From Octopus vulgaris (Eukaryota), in contig OX597816.1 in NCBI GenBank assembly GCA_951406725.2, positions 80,166,001-80,230,000 of the forward strand: a DNA stretch of 64,000 nt, read 5' to 3'. The position numbers and the translations under genes were made by a program. The first letter of the stretch is position 1, and every line of letters begins with the position of its first letter. The notes under the pieces are model-generated. The model did no database searches. It was not told the origin of the DNA and saw only the letters and a program-made list of their open reading frames with translations. Below, piece after piece: positions 12,443 through 26,196 of the stretch.

Positions 12443-12790
12443 TCAATAGTGTGGTTAGTCTGTATGGAGAAGTCCCACAAGATCCTGTAATCCTCGTTCA
12501 CTTTCACAGTCCCTGGTTCATGTTCATACCACTTTCCTGTTATTTCGAAGCCACGCACTCGAGTAACGTCACAATGCACACTTTACCTACACAGTTATGC
12601 ATGCGCTTATACACTTTTATCGCACTCACTCAAGCGATGTTTGATACTTTTGTAGATACTACATTTATTGTCTGAGTATTGTTGGTCTTTGCTTTTATCA
12701 GATTTCTTCTAACGGCTTGTTTCTGAGCGGCTATAATTAACATTTTTGTTTCACGTTTCAAATTCCCGTCTATCAACCAAAGCCGGCGAT
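12443..12790 (-). mobile_element. R4/Dong-type element, upstream piece (continuation of 10767-11134)
   Basis: WLIDGNLKRETKMLIIAAQKQAVRRNLIKAK..KRMHNCVGK..KWYEHEPGTVKVNEDYRILWDFSIQTNHTIEA. Confidence 0.75.
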
Positions 12791-13503
12791 TTTTACTTCC
12801 AGCTTACGAAAGAATCGAAATTCGTTAGCTTGGGCTGATCAAAGAGTTGGTGTTTGTTCTGTCTTCAGTGTCTGTATCACTACGACCTGCGAGAGCATCT
12901 GCTTGGATGTCAGACTAAATAGCCAGAACCGTTGCACATCGCCTCTGTAGGTTTTTTGGTTGAGAATTATAGAAAGTTTTCAAACGTTGCTGATCTCACA
13001 GTATAACAAGGGATGACATTGACATTCGAAACAAGAGGCAAAGAAGAATGCGTAGCCGAACCTGTCTGAGTTACGTCGAAAAACTTTGAGAGAGCAAGGC
13101 AGAAGGCTTAGCCGCTACGCATATGATAGTAAGAACTATAAAAGCAGGAAAAAATTAGCAACAGTAGAAACAACGATAGAGTAGTTCAGAATTTGCTGTT
13201 ACCAGTTTTTGATGTTTCAAAATATTATCTTATGTACTTATCCTGCTCTTCGTCTACATATGCATATCTACACACACACACACGCATATATATATATATA
13301 TATATATATATAGACTGTGTGTGTGTGTGTGTGTGTGTTTGGAAGTCTTTGTGACAATTACTTAATACAGTTTTTAAGTATAAAGGGGATTTTTAAAAGA
13401 AAATTATTTTTTAGAAAAATTTATAAAACCTTTTATCAGGATGTTACTAACCTTTTTGGAAGAAGTTTTTTTCTTAGTGTCTTTTACCCTAGAAGATTTT
13501 TCC

Positions 13504-13537
13504 TATTTACTGTCGGTGACGTCTTGTGCCCATATAT

Positions 13538-13600
<63 letters not shown>

Positions 13601-14060
13601 TATATTGGCACAAGACGTCACCGACAGTAAATAACATGAAATACGAAAACAAATGAGTAAATACGCAAATAACGATAGAAAAAAATGGAAAACCGTGAAG
13701 TAATACAAAAAACGACCCTCCATCAGTTGTCGGCTGTCTATATACTCCCCGTTTCCAGCAATCAACAACAATACGAGTCTTCGAAGACAATTGCTCCCAT
13801 AAATACCAAAGTAAAATTTTGGATTTATGGAGGGTCAATGCTGGGGAAAAAAAGGACAGTGGAGATATGTAGGGAAACCGAATGAAAATAAACCTGGGTC
13901 GTTAGACCTGGACGAGGGAAAAATAGTGAACGCTGAGAGAAATATTTTCTTCGAAAATAGAAAAGATGCAAAAGAGAGATATAGGAGATGTCCAGTCCTT
14001 AGAACGTCTGAGCAGGAAAGAAAGATGGAAAAGAAATATGGACAATGGTCACGTGTGCTC
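13504..14060 (-). mobile_element. Probable Penelope-like 3' end remnant with inverted terminal copy
   Basis: Perfect 27-bp inverted repeat 13504-13530 / 13607-13633 around a TA tract; decayed CTGATG and GAAAC motifs on the minus strand; assignment inferential. Confidence 0.4.
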
Positions 14061-14256
14061 AACGAGAGAGAGAGAAAGAGAAAGGGGAGAGAGACGGCTA
14101 GAAACGGTGAAAGGGAGAAAAGGGAATTAGAGATGATGGAGAGAAAACAGTAGAGAGTAGAGTTACATCCAAAAAGTTAAGATAAACTTACTTGGAAATG
14201 GATGCGCGGCGTTCAATTAAATAATAATATAAATAATATGTGTGAGTATGTATATA

Positions 14257-14346
<90 letters not shown>

Positions 14347-14353
14347 AAAAATG

Positions 14354-14629
14354 AGGTAATCAGAAGATCGGATGGTTCATGTTTATAGATATTTATTTAT
14401 ATATTACATTTTTTACATATATATATCATATCATTCAGATCATATCATTCAGATTATTAGCGCTTTCTCCCATTCCAGTGGGGTTTTCAAATCAAATTGA
14501 TTTGATTTGAAAACCCCACTGGAATGGGAGAAAGCGCTAATAATCTGAATGATATGATATATATATGTAAAAAATGTAATATATAAATAAATATCTATAA
14601 ACATGAACCATCCGATCTTCTGATTACCT
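14354..14629. repeat. Long palindrome, 130-bp arms, 2-nt spacer
   Basis: 14500-14629 is the reverse complement of 14354-14497 apart from a 14-bp tandem duplication in the left arm; flanked by (TA)n. Confidence 0.95.
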
Positions 14630-14672
14630 TATTTCTTCTAATATATAATACCTGTACATCATCTCCAAACCT

Positions 14673-14721
<49 letters not shown>

Positions 14722-15180
14722 TTATATTCTTAATCAGAGAGAAGTGTTGTAACCAATTAATGTATTTAGTTTCGTGTCTATTATATCACTTAAGCTCTTC
14801 CTTGTCCAACTAATGCACTCCGGGGGAATGCATCTACATCCCAATATACGATATGCAATCTTCTAAATTATGCAGGATTTTGTTTCCAGTCAAAGAGAAA
14901 GTAATATTTCATGTGAACCTAGACAAAATGAGATAATGGAACACACACACACACACACAGAGGGGAGGGGAAGAAATGTACGATGGACAACGTAAGTTGT
15001 GGTATTTGGTTAATTCCCTCCATGTTATGTGTTCAAATGCAGGCCAAGTTGACTTATGCCTTTCAGTCATCCGAGATCAATAAAATAAGAACCACTCAAG
15101 TATTGGAGGCAACAGAATCCATTATATTCGTGAAGATAATATCCCAGTATGGCTACACTTCAATCACAGCGGCTAATAAA

Positions 15181-15274
<94 letters not shown>

Positions 15275-15559
15275 CCAGGCAGACAAATAGTAGTTGAGGT
15301 GGTGGGAAACGTGTATAAGTAAGTTAGGATGTTAATAGGAATGCTCTTGTGTATGGGAGGACTAGGAATAACAATAACAGTATACGCGCGCGCGCGTGCG
15401 GTGGGCATGCGAATATTTCTTTTGTATGCTAAGCTAATATCCACGTGATATCTAGCATAATCGAGGCTTTTGTTTTTGTTGCTTTTCATTTGTAGACTTT
15501 TTGTCATACAGGAACACACACATACATTTGTGTTTGTGTGCATCTGTGTGTGGTCTCTT

Positions 15560-15644
<85 letters not shown>

Positions 15645-16689
15645 ACATACATAAATACATACTCACACATATATGTATGTATATACATTTATGTAGGGGC
15701 GCCGAAACACGGACAGGCATTCTCATCACCACATAACTGCTTTACCGAAAATATATGCGTCTTTGAATTGGAGGAAACAGCTAAAAGTATCAGCATTAGA
15801 AATTGAACGGTACTTTACTGCACCGACCCCCTGAAAGTATGAAAGGCAAAATAAGCCTCAGCAGGATATGAATTCAGAGCATACGAACTCCTGACTTCAA
15901 TCTGAAGGATCACAAGACTAAATTCTTCATTAAACATTCAATCAGACTTATTTGCCTCTCAAAATTCGATTTCCGTCGGAGTAACAATACTATTTTTGCC
16001 AGGATTATCCTAATTGTTAAAGAAAAACTAAAGCTTAACGTTTGGAGTAATACAGGCGAGACAATAACTTGGTTCCATCTTCTACTTAATAGAAGCAATA
16101 TCCTACAATTCGACATTAACAACTATTCTTCTGTATCCCCTATTTTACTTAACAAGGCTCTTATATTCTTCAACAAATTGATGCCGGTCTCTCTCTTTCT
16201 CTCGGTTAGATAAAGATATCTTGTTAACTTATTTCTACCAATAACAAATTGTGGTATAGATCATCTAAGTCAGAGGTTACTCAGTGGTAGTCCATAGACC
16301 AGTGCTGGCCTGCGAGCCATCAGCTGCCGGTAGGCGGCGAGTTTCCAGAAAAGAAACATTATAAATTACGGAGATGTACTCGCATAGCAAGTAATTTGAT
16401 CTGAGATCGTGTGCTGAAACGAAAACAATTACAGCGTGGAAGGTGTTTATAAGCCATTTAAGAAGCACACAAAAGCCGTTCGATTCACTTCAACATTTAA
16501 GTTTAATTTGTCAAAATATTTTCGTCGCTAAAATCCGCGACCTGTTCACTGACAAAGTCCGTGCTGCATCTAAAATGCTTATAAAATGCTTATGTAATAT
16601 TGTATTATTTATTTACAAAATAAATATGAATATTTAAAAAAATTGTCAACTTTTATAATATTCACTAACCTATCGGGCGGCTTTTAAGC

Positions 16690-16830
16690 CAGTATATAGA
16701 TTTTAAGCAACTGACCCCGAATGGGAAGATCTGCAAACAGATCTCTGACTTGTTTCGGAGAATTTGTTGCAATTGCTTCCTCCAGAATCATATTCCATTG
16801 ATCATTTTCGTCGCAAAGAATCAGGTAAAA
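16690..16830 (-). mobile_element. Helitron Rep/Hel relic
   Basis: CDENDQWNMILEEAIATNSPKQVRDLFADL resembles the Helitron LLxDDxxWxxxLxEAxxxxxPxQLRxLFA motif. Confidence 0.6.
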
Positions 16831-17094
16831 CAAAAAAAAAATCGCCGAAAACATAAGTATCCAAAATTTCAGGATTGCAGGTCCGGATTCGGCCCAGAAT
16901 GTTTTTAATTTATTCACGGAGTTAGCCATTGGATTATAAAAATTGTTATTGTACAAAAATATTTGTCGTAAACAGTCACGTAAAAAAATCGCCGAAAGCA
17001 ATCCCAGTAAGGAAAACTTGGGAATCCAAAATTTCGGAAAAAGAAGAAAAGAGGGAGTGGTTGTATATGGCGATGAATGTGTCGAATGGGTGGC

Positions 17095-17421
17095 TGTTTT
17101 TCGCTCTTTCTCAAAGGTTGTCATTACTTTCAAGACGGTACTTCTTGATACACCAAACATTTCGGCTGTTTTCGTTACGCTAGCGCCTCTCATCCGAGCA
17201 CCAACAATTTGACTTCTTTGAAAGTCCGATAGATCTGTTATTTTAATTAATTTTAATTACCTTTTTCTGATGATATCTGAAAAGAAACAGCAATTTTAAC
17301 AAAACATATTAAGCAACATTAATAATAAATCGAAGAACAAAAATAAACAAGCTTTTGACGGTTTTATAGATATTTCAAAATTATGATGCTAGGTGTTTCC
17401 ATTATTTTGTCCAAACCCTGT
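17095..17421 (-). mobile_element. Tc1-like transposon left end with transposase N-terminal HTH
   Basis: TIR-like CAGGGTTTGGACAAAATAATGGAAACACC at about 17392-17420; DLSDFQRSQIVGARMRGASVTKTAEMFGVSRSTVLKVMTTFEKE. Confidence 0.8.
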
Positions 17422-17818
17422 GTGTATTTAGACATTAATATTCACATATCTTGTCCTATTGACTGAATATGTATTGTCTCTACTGACCCATGATAACGGA
17501 ACTGGTAATATTGTATAGGTGAATGATTTATATGGAAAGCAGATATGTGACATGTTCTCCCTCAAGTAATTTACGTAACCATTCATCTACAAAATTGCAT
17601 GTTTTGAAGCTTTACCATATATTTTAATTTTATGAATCATGGATTTACGTTCTTATTTTCCAACACTACACATTTATTATCTGTTTAAATTCCAGATGGA
17701 ATGCTATGCAGTTTAAGTGCTTCAGTGTTGATTTATATAAAGATGATTGTGTAACTTGGATACTGAGGTTGTAAAGATCATTATCAATTAGTCATAGATA
17801 CACTCGTTGCATAATCTT

Positions 17819-17878
<60 letters not shown>

Positions 17879-18149
17879 AAGTTGTTATCCTAGGCAATAA
17901 TTTATTATTACTAATCTTAAAGGTAGTGGGCCAGCATTACCATTAGAGTATCGGGAGGAGTCCTTTTCCGCTATTTCTTTTTGACTTTACGTTCTGAGTT
18001 CAAATCCTGCTGAGGTCAGCTTTGCCTTTATTCTACCGAGTATCGATAAATGAAGCACCTGGATGATAGATGTGTTGCCAGAAATAAACACCAGCTACTC
18101 AATTCTAAGTATATTTGTGAAAGTTTTGAGATTTTTGCGCTTTTCCAAC

Positions 18150-19270
18150 TTTTCGACACAGGTTACAATAATTGATTGTAAAAAGAGTAAATTACCTGGT
18201 TTGGCTGGTGTGCACTACGAAATTTACGCATGCTTGCCTGTCTTGTTCGCTGGCATTTTAGCAGACGTTTATGCGAATGATAAAATAACGTGAGAATTCT
18301 TGGTTCTGTAAGCTGAGAACTGGTGGTACTACTGACGAAGGACGCGAACAACGGTGACGTAATAGAAAATTTCTGGCCAATAAGTCTGCTAAATGTAAAG
18401 TTTAAGATTTTGGTCTATGTACTAGCAAATATGTTGGCATTTGACGAGGACGTAGTTGGAAAATCGCAGTCATGTGCTACTGTATGCAAGTCTATCCGAG
18501 ACAACTTCCACTTCAGCGATACATCGTAGAGAAGATTGGTAGTAAATATGGCTTCGGTTGGCTTCTAATCAACTTGGATCAATCAAAAGTTTTCGAGTAC
18601 CGACCATCGTTACTTGACAAATGTTCTCAAAGCAAGCCATTGAATATACAGTTCGTCCTCTAGAGAGACAAGTTCATGACGTCAGTTACTGCCATGGGGC
18701 GCTGCACGGATGGTCCTGTTAAATTACTTGAAGTTTGTTTTCGTTAAATTTTGAACTGGATTGGAACTGAGACGAAATAACTGGCAAGGTGGTCATTCTC
18801 ATTCAGAAAAGGACTCAAAAGGAGCTATCTTTGAAAGATGAAGCGGAGGTGGAGAATAGATGCGACGCTTCCACTATATATTACCGCCTAACCGTTGCGG
18901 TAATATACTTTTCATTTGACCAGATTGGAGTGTTTGCTTTTTCGCTTCGTGAGGAAGGGACGTGCTGCAGTAATCAGTCCGTCCATAAGCTGTCAACATT
19001 CTCTAGACGAAGGGTTCGGTTTTTTGTGGCTGCTGAAGCGCAGACATGTGTTAATGCAACAGTTGTATGGATTCCGTTGACAGGTACGTTTTGCGTCAGC
19101 ACGTGTTGTTGATGGCACTGTCGTCCTGAGTGAAACAGAAACTAAAACTGGGCCATAGCTTCAGGAATGCTAACAGGCGCTCATCAATCGGACAGCGCGG
19201 TCGGTGGTACTTTCACTTCGGTGCTCTATAGAGAACTAATTGTAAACAATTGTGAGAGCATTCTCGGGAC
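18150..19270 (+). mobile_element. Decayed Tx1/L1-clade LINE ORF2 fragments
   Basis: KSKLPGLAGVHYEIY, ENFWPISLLNVKFKILVYVLANML, KSIRDNFH and LINLDQSKVFE correspond to KSPGxDG, RPISLLNxxxKILA, RxIxDN and LDQxKAFD; many frameshifts. Confidence 0.7.
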
Positions 19271-21990
19271 AGCTCTTGTGCCCCTGCCTGCAACTCAGTT
19301 ACTGCTTTTCACCACTCAAACCGCTCTATCATGGACAAAACTTGTTGCATATATGATTCTTTTCTATCGTTATTTCCATTGAATATGTTCGCATGAGTTT
19401 GAGTTTCATTCCCTGGTTCTACCAGTCCAGAGTTTCACTTCGGAACACGGTTAATCAAATTTAGCGAATTACATATGAGCTTCCTCGCCGACTCACAGCT
19501 ACACTGCAAGATCTATGCATAAAGACTTTTCACAGAACAAACCATTTTAAGAATAATCAATCTCCTCATTGTTTTCTCGTAGAATATGGCTGTGATCTCT
19601 TTAAATTCAAGGTTATCAATTACTTTGCCAAATGTTGACACTTTCCTTTCTTTCAATAGCCTTTTAATGGCTCTTTTGTTACCATCTCATTTTATTCCAT
19701 TTTAATACTTCCTTTATTGTCATCTCATTTACTGTATTTTATTACCCTTAGCTCTTTGTTACCATTTCATTGCATCTCATTTAAAGCATTTATCCATTTT
19801 TTTCACAGCCATTTTATATGTATGTATATCTAAATTTTTTTTTATCATTAATGTTTCTTTTAACTTCCCACTATTCTTCTGACTAGAATTGAAATATCGA
19901 ACTTGTTTAGGTGGCTTTGAGTAAAAGCAAAAAAATAAATCTATTGACTAAGATCAAGATCCATAAAAGAACAATACTCTCATGTGTGGTACACAGCTAT
20001 TGCTACACGCTTTAAAAAAATCTAATACTTCATTTCACAAAAACTAATCCGACTCAGTTACAAAGATTCACTCACCAATAAACTCTGGTCATTTTCTTTA
20101 CTTCGTCTGTTCTATTGCCAGAACCACCTTCACCAAGGCTCACCTGCAAAATCTATGAATACTGCTGCTGCATTGATATTCAATTCACTACCATTCGTGC
20201 CATCATAGTTAACAAGGGTTCTCTTGCGCGTTGGAAAATTAGTGGAAATATCTCTCTTCTTAAAGTACTCCTTAACACCAAATAATCTCATTTCACTTCT
20301 TTGAATGTGTAGTTGATGGATATCTGAGAGATGTAATGTGTAATGATTTCTAGTGCATTTCTAGTATTATGGTCTATAGAATCTAGTTCTGCATTTCGCT
20401 ACTGATACTATATTATCAATAAATCGCTATAAACATCGTCGCCCACGTCGGTATTTCCTTGTAGTCGGAGATGATGTGAGGTTTCAGAAATACTGAATCA
20501 TTCCCTAATGAATTTGGTAGGTGAAGAGAAAGTGTCATGTGTTCGATCCATGCAGCGCTTGGTTTCCAAAAGTCCCCGCATCCACGTTTCAGATGGTTAC
20601 AAATAATGTGAGGTGTGCCAAAGTGCAGAGTGATATCGATACTGTAGACCATTGTTCTCTGACTAGAAGCTTTCTTTCAGTGCATGAGTAACTAGTTTAT
20701 CAGTTAGACTGAGGTCAATAAGCGGAGATTTGAACTCTGAAAGACAATGTAAGGTATCTCACCCCAAGATCTAAGTACTCAACATATCTACTGCCTTATA
20801 CCGATACATTAGTTGTCGATTCCGACAAAATGCATGACAATTTTTACCCAAGGAGGATTTAAAGAGTACCCGAAAAAATAACTTACAGACCAGTGTAATT
20901 GTCACCAATTTGGCAGCAGAAGTTGCTGCAAGAGTATCCAGCTAAGTTGAACACGTGACTAAATTAGCGGTTCCGCACCGGACATATTTTAAGGCTTAGA
21001 CATTATGTTTTATCTCAAGTTAGTGAGGCCATTTATTTCTAGCTAGGAATCTGTAACTCTGGATGCGAGAAGGTGGATACTAGTTATTGTCAGCTGGTAC
21101 TAACTGAGCCTGGAATACATATCAAGTAGATTTGTCAAGCCTTGAAGTAGTAACTGAGGTCACTATATACTACATGAAAACAAAATTAAGCAAACTGACT
21201 TGCATAAGAACATTTAGACAATAGTAGAAGGTAGCGGCTGGTTATTGGTAAGAATAGAATCGATATTGAGTAGTTTATGAATTAATGTATTTACGAAACC
21301 TTATACTATGTGTTTAAAAAGGAACCCGCAGTCTAGAAGTAGAATAGTATCAACAAGTTTCATCTTTCATTGGAAGCTCACAAGAAAATACTTATCCTGC
21401 TTTTTAAAGTGTTAGGCTGAAAAGAGTTAAGTTTAGAAAAGTAAAAAAAATATGTAGGCATAATGATATCTAATGGTGATACTCACAGAAATGTATATAT
21501 AATTATGACATGGGTTGGGTTACAGTTGGCATATTTAAGCAGGAGTATTAGCTATGAGAACTTGAAATAATTATATGAAGAATAATTAATATCAGTCATA
21601 ATCTCAAATATTTTTGAGTCTTTCAGCAACACTAGGAGATAGCTTCGGTCATGTTTCGATCTCATTAAACATTTTCAAAGAAACTTATATTTTCCCATAC
21701 TTGCCAAAATAGAGATACGAAAATCGTTTCTGTGCAACGATGCAAAATTGTTAGCGTAGATAAATAGAAATCTAGGTTGACGACTGGATATCTTTAACTC
21801 AAGTACACAATGTGGTTGTGAATTTATACAAGCACACAAATACATATGTGTGTACATATATATGTATGTATTTAGATACATACATACATACATACATACA
21901 TACATGGATACACAAGTATGTATATGTAAGCATATAAAAACTCTCACACACACACAAACACACATATACATGCATACATATACAAATACA

Positions 21991-22025
<35 letters not shown>

Positions 22026-22033
22026 TTATTTAT

Positions 22034-22071
<38 letters not shown>

Positions 22072-23595
22072 GTCATATGCAGTATGTCTAGATATATCTA
22101 GCAAACATTAAATCTAGTGAAATTCGTCCACATTGTTGTTAAACTACTGCCCCAAATCTCTCTGATGATCTTTAATGATGTCCACACATAATTGTTTTAT
22201 CAGCAATTCAAAGGCTAGGCTTCCTTTTCATAGTCATAAAATATTTCAACTCTTATCAGTTATAGACACTCAACAAAGGTCAAGTGGGACCTATGTTAGG
22301 GCTCTACTGATGTATTTCAGACAATGATGCTGCTGTACACACAAGCATTTTAAAGAGCATCATCAAAAATTCCAACTAATTTATTAAAGTACAACTCCTA
22401 GATGAACTATTTCTCTATTCTACCATTAAAACAACGATCTCTGTTCCGAACCAGGAAGCTCCACGGCGCCTTTGATCCGATTCTCGCTACTCCTCTCGTC
22501 CTTACGTTTTCCATAATTTAATCTCGTCCTTCGCACTATTCTTCAGCCTCCTAACTGCAGACACATACTAATAGAAGTTCAAAGTAAGTACCAATTGCAT
22601 CGATCTTCTCGCTGTCAATGGTCAGGGCTTTTGGCCCTGGTGGTCGGACTGATTAATAAAAATATACAAGAAAGTAGAGATGACCAATACACTTAATTAA
22701 GACAAATCTTTTAGTATGGAGCTAGCAATGGTGTAATTTCTTTGTAACCAATTCGTTTCATTTAAACCGTTTGTGTGACTTGAAAAAGTGTGTAAATTCT
22801 GACATCCCGCCCTAAGTATTTATAGAACCTGGGTATTGATCGTAGTTTTATCTTAAGCTAAAGTGAAATCTCTAATAGCAATCTGAGCTCATAATCCTAT
22901 TTTAAGTTCTAATTCAAGTTATCTACGCCAATATTTCCATTCTAAAAATCATAAATGCCACACAACCATATATTTGTCAAATGCAAATTTGTGACATTTA
23001 AATTTTGAAATCAGGGAGAAATTATCAAATTTCAAACAGAAAAATGAGAACTTCCAAACATGATTTGGGATTCATACACCATAACCTACTTGTAAAACTT
23101 AAGATAACACGATCAGGATGCACACTACAAATCGTCTTCTAGTGATAGTAATTTCCATGTTTTGGAGCCGGCGGAACCTTAAAGGAAACTGATGCATTTC
23201 AGATGAACTAAATTGAATTTCATAGATACATTATTCATGTACACATATCCGCTCTCTATAGTTTTATGCTGATGTAAACCAAATCGTCACTGAATAGGTC
23301 ACTTTGAAAAAAAAAATCTACAATAGGAGGAAACAAAGTTTTAAAAAGACATAGCTAAGACACTATGAAAACTACATCATTTGCTAAGATATAGCTAATG
23401 TTAATAGAAATTATTTTCTGAACTACAAAAATCCATTTTTGATTTGAAATACTTGAGAAATAGATTTCCTAATTCCTTAGAATTTATTCTAATCTATTGA
23501 AATAGCTTTTTCTAAGCAAGGCTGGAATATTCCAGTGACAAGACAAACAGAAGAAATGTATATTTAAATATTACCATGTATACACCATTGAGAGG

Positions 23596-23910
23596 ATGCG
23601 TGCCTTAGTGATTAGGGTATTCGGCTCACGATAGTAAGGCCTTGAGTTCGATTCCCAATAGTGCGTTGTATCCTTGAGCAAGACAATTTAGTTCGCGTCG
23701 CTCCAGTCCACTCAGTTGGCAAAAATGAATTGTACCTGTGATTTAAAGGGCCAGTCTTGTCACACTTTTTGTCGCGCTGAACCTTTCTAAAAACAACATT
23801 AATGATACGCGTGTCCGTGGAGTGTTCAACCATTTGCACGTTAATTTTACGAGCTGGCTGTTTTGTTGAGAGAATCAACCAGAACACTCATTGTCGTCGT
23901 CGTAAACGAC
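23596..23910 (+). mobile_element. tRNA-headed SINE family D with conserved central core
   Basis: A-box-like gccttagtga, B box GAGTTCGATTCC, core ccttgagcaagaca..gctccagtccactcag..aaaatga shared with 40432 and 57021. Confidence 0.7.
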
Positions 23911-25292
23911 GGAGAGCCAGGCCATACCCCATTAAACTACATCGAACACACTTGCACCAAATCTTAACTGAAGACTCGCCATTCATCCGTTTTTACATGC
24001 GCAGGCATAGGAAAAAATATATCCGCTGATTACTTCCACGGTGTAAGAACACTTATATCTACGTTTTATTAGTTTTCGTAATATTTTACCTCTATTTTAA
24101 AATGCTGTCGGTAGTGTGATATGTTGTGTACAAGGCGATATTTTATCATATGTTGTGTCATGTACAAGCTGATACAATATTCATCACCTAAGACGCTGTC
24201 CCTGTATTAGGACAAAATCAGGTTGCAGAGTCTTACCCACTTCAAACTATATTGTAAGTAGGAGTCAATTTTTGAAGGCCCTGGACACTGAGTCAGTATT
24301 TTTAATGTTAGTGACAATCTTTGATGCTAATTATACCTTTAAACTCACATAAATCCATGTAAGGATATTTCTTTGGCAGCAATAACAGGCACATCTCAAT
24401 ACCATCTGCAACTCTCTTTTATCACAGTTAACTGGACTTGGACTATTTCTCACATATGTCTTCTAACCTCGGATAAAATTCAACACCAAAGACAAAATGC
24501 AAACCATCAATTCTTCAACTACTTGAGCACTATCGGCTTTTCGACAAAATAAAAAAAAAAGTAGTTTTCTTCAACATAGGCTGTGTTTGATGAACGATAG
24601 ATTTGTAAACATTGGAATACCTGATCTATTCAGCCATTTCATATCTTTAAGTGAAAAAAAAAACTGTGCAGTACCGATGATGTGTTCGATGACCAGCTTC
24701 TGCTTTCCCCTACGTAATTAGAAGAAATATTCAACCCAACATTAATCAGAATTAATGATGGAAAATAAAGGGTAAATTTTCTCAGTTTATATGGTCAGTA
24801 TCTGAATGTATTTTGTTTTAGAGATTATCAAGGAGAAGGAGCAGCATAAACGAGCATTGAGAGATTCCCAGGCAGATGAGGAATGATGCAGGTCACTATC
24901 GGTGCGGAGGGAGATGAGTCTCTGCTCTGAATGTTTGCATCAGAATCAACTCCTTTGAAAGAACAATAGACCAAACTGTGGTATTAAACAGGACCATGCA
25001 TTAGGCCTACCATATATCGCACTTCGTTTGATTCTCGTGTAATCTAATTTTTTTCTTTAGTATAAACTGTAACTTGCTCATTAGACGTCATGTTAAATAC
25101 TGCTAGGACCCATACTTAATAACCAAATAACTTTCTAAAGTAGTAATATTTTGTAAAAATGTTTTTCTGTTCAGCAATCATTTCTAAAATATTTTTTAGT
25201 ACTCGGTTCAGTAGTTTCTAAAATATCAAAGTAGACGCTTAAATAATCAATCAAGCAAACAAAAGTTTTTAACAAATTTACACATAATATTT

Positions 25293-25336
<44 letters not shown>

Positions 25337-25733
25337 ATATTTCTGGTTAGATATGTTGAATGCAAAAAATGAAAGTTGCGCTGTGTTGCTTTAGGGCAAG
25401 TAACAATTATTTTGTACCCAATTAATGAGATAAGTTGTAGTCTATGTTTAAAAAGAACGTCATTTTCAGAGAATAATTTGAATACCAGGAATTCCGTTCT
25501 GTATGAGGAGGAGGGGTAGGGTGGAGGAGAAAAAGAAAGAACAAATGAAAGTGTGCCGAAGAGACAAAGGAAAAGAAAAATCTCAGGGAAACTTAAGCCA
25601 TCAGCTACATTAACAAACATGTATAATCCATTTGAATGCATACATTCATACACACGGACACTCATATAAAAATATAGACAGACAGATAGAGATATATAGA
25701 TAGATTTAAGTATGTAATAGAGACAAAAACCAA

Positions 25734-25850
25734 ATGTTGATATTTTGATATTTTGAATGCATTTAATACGCGTCATTCGAGTTAATTGTGTAAGAATTCT
25801 CATAAGTAATTGCTCGAAACGTGTATTAAATGCATTCAAAATATCAACAT
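25734..25850. repeat. Imperfect palindrome centred on GAATTC
   Basis: gatattttgaatgcatttaatacgcgt..ttcgag pairs with ctcgaaacgtgtattaaatgcattcaaaatatc. Confidence 0.85.
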
Positions 25851-26105
25851 ATGACTTTGTCTTTATAAAATATTGCATGACTTTCTTCCACACAAGTCTA
25901 GCCTGTTCTTGCCTCGATAATACTATTTCTATTCACAAGGATTTAGGAGTAGAATGTTTTAGAAGACACAAGTCAAAAAAATTCTTGTAAAGTATATAGC
26001 ATCATTGCACACTTCTCAGCACACACATATATATAGGTCAGGAAAAATGCACTCGTATATTTGTCAGAGTGGGTATATTAGTCGAAGTGTACAATATTAT
26101 ATATC

Positions 26106-26196
26106 AAATACGACCGATCGTATCGATCGGTTTCGCATTAGGAGTTTAACGGAGTGCTAAGTCCGATTATGTAACCCAGCGCTCTTCAGAAATGGC
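26106..26196 (-). ncRNA. Hammerhead ribozyme-like motif (intact core, weak helix I)
   Basis: Minus strand: CUGAAGA-GCG..UGC-GAAA-CCGAUCG(AUA)CGAUCGG-UC; helix I pairs poorly. Confidence 0.5.

Noticed and set aside
13710-13765. Minus-strand GAAAC..CTGATGG as a hammerhead
   Set aside because: Core mismatch and no consistent set of three helices could be drawn
16273-16345. hAT-like terminal sequence
   Set aside because: No matching second terminus or 8-bp target duplication identified
19300-25000. Possible very old PLE/LINE remnants (weak FLD-like and YVG-like motifs near 21330 and 24710, minus strand)
   Set aside because: Too decayed to support boundaries or identity without a profile search
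25291-25893. 200-aa ORF
   Set aside because: No recognisable domain; runs through a palindrome and a CA repeat in AT-rich sequence
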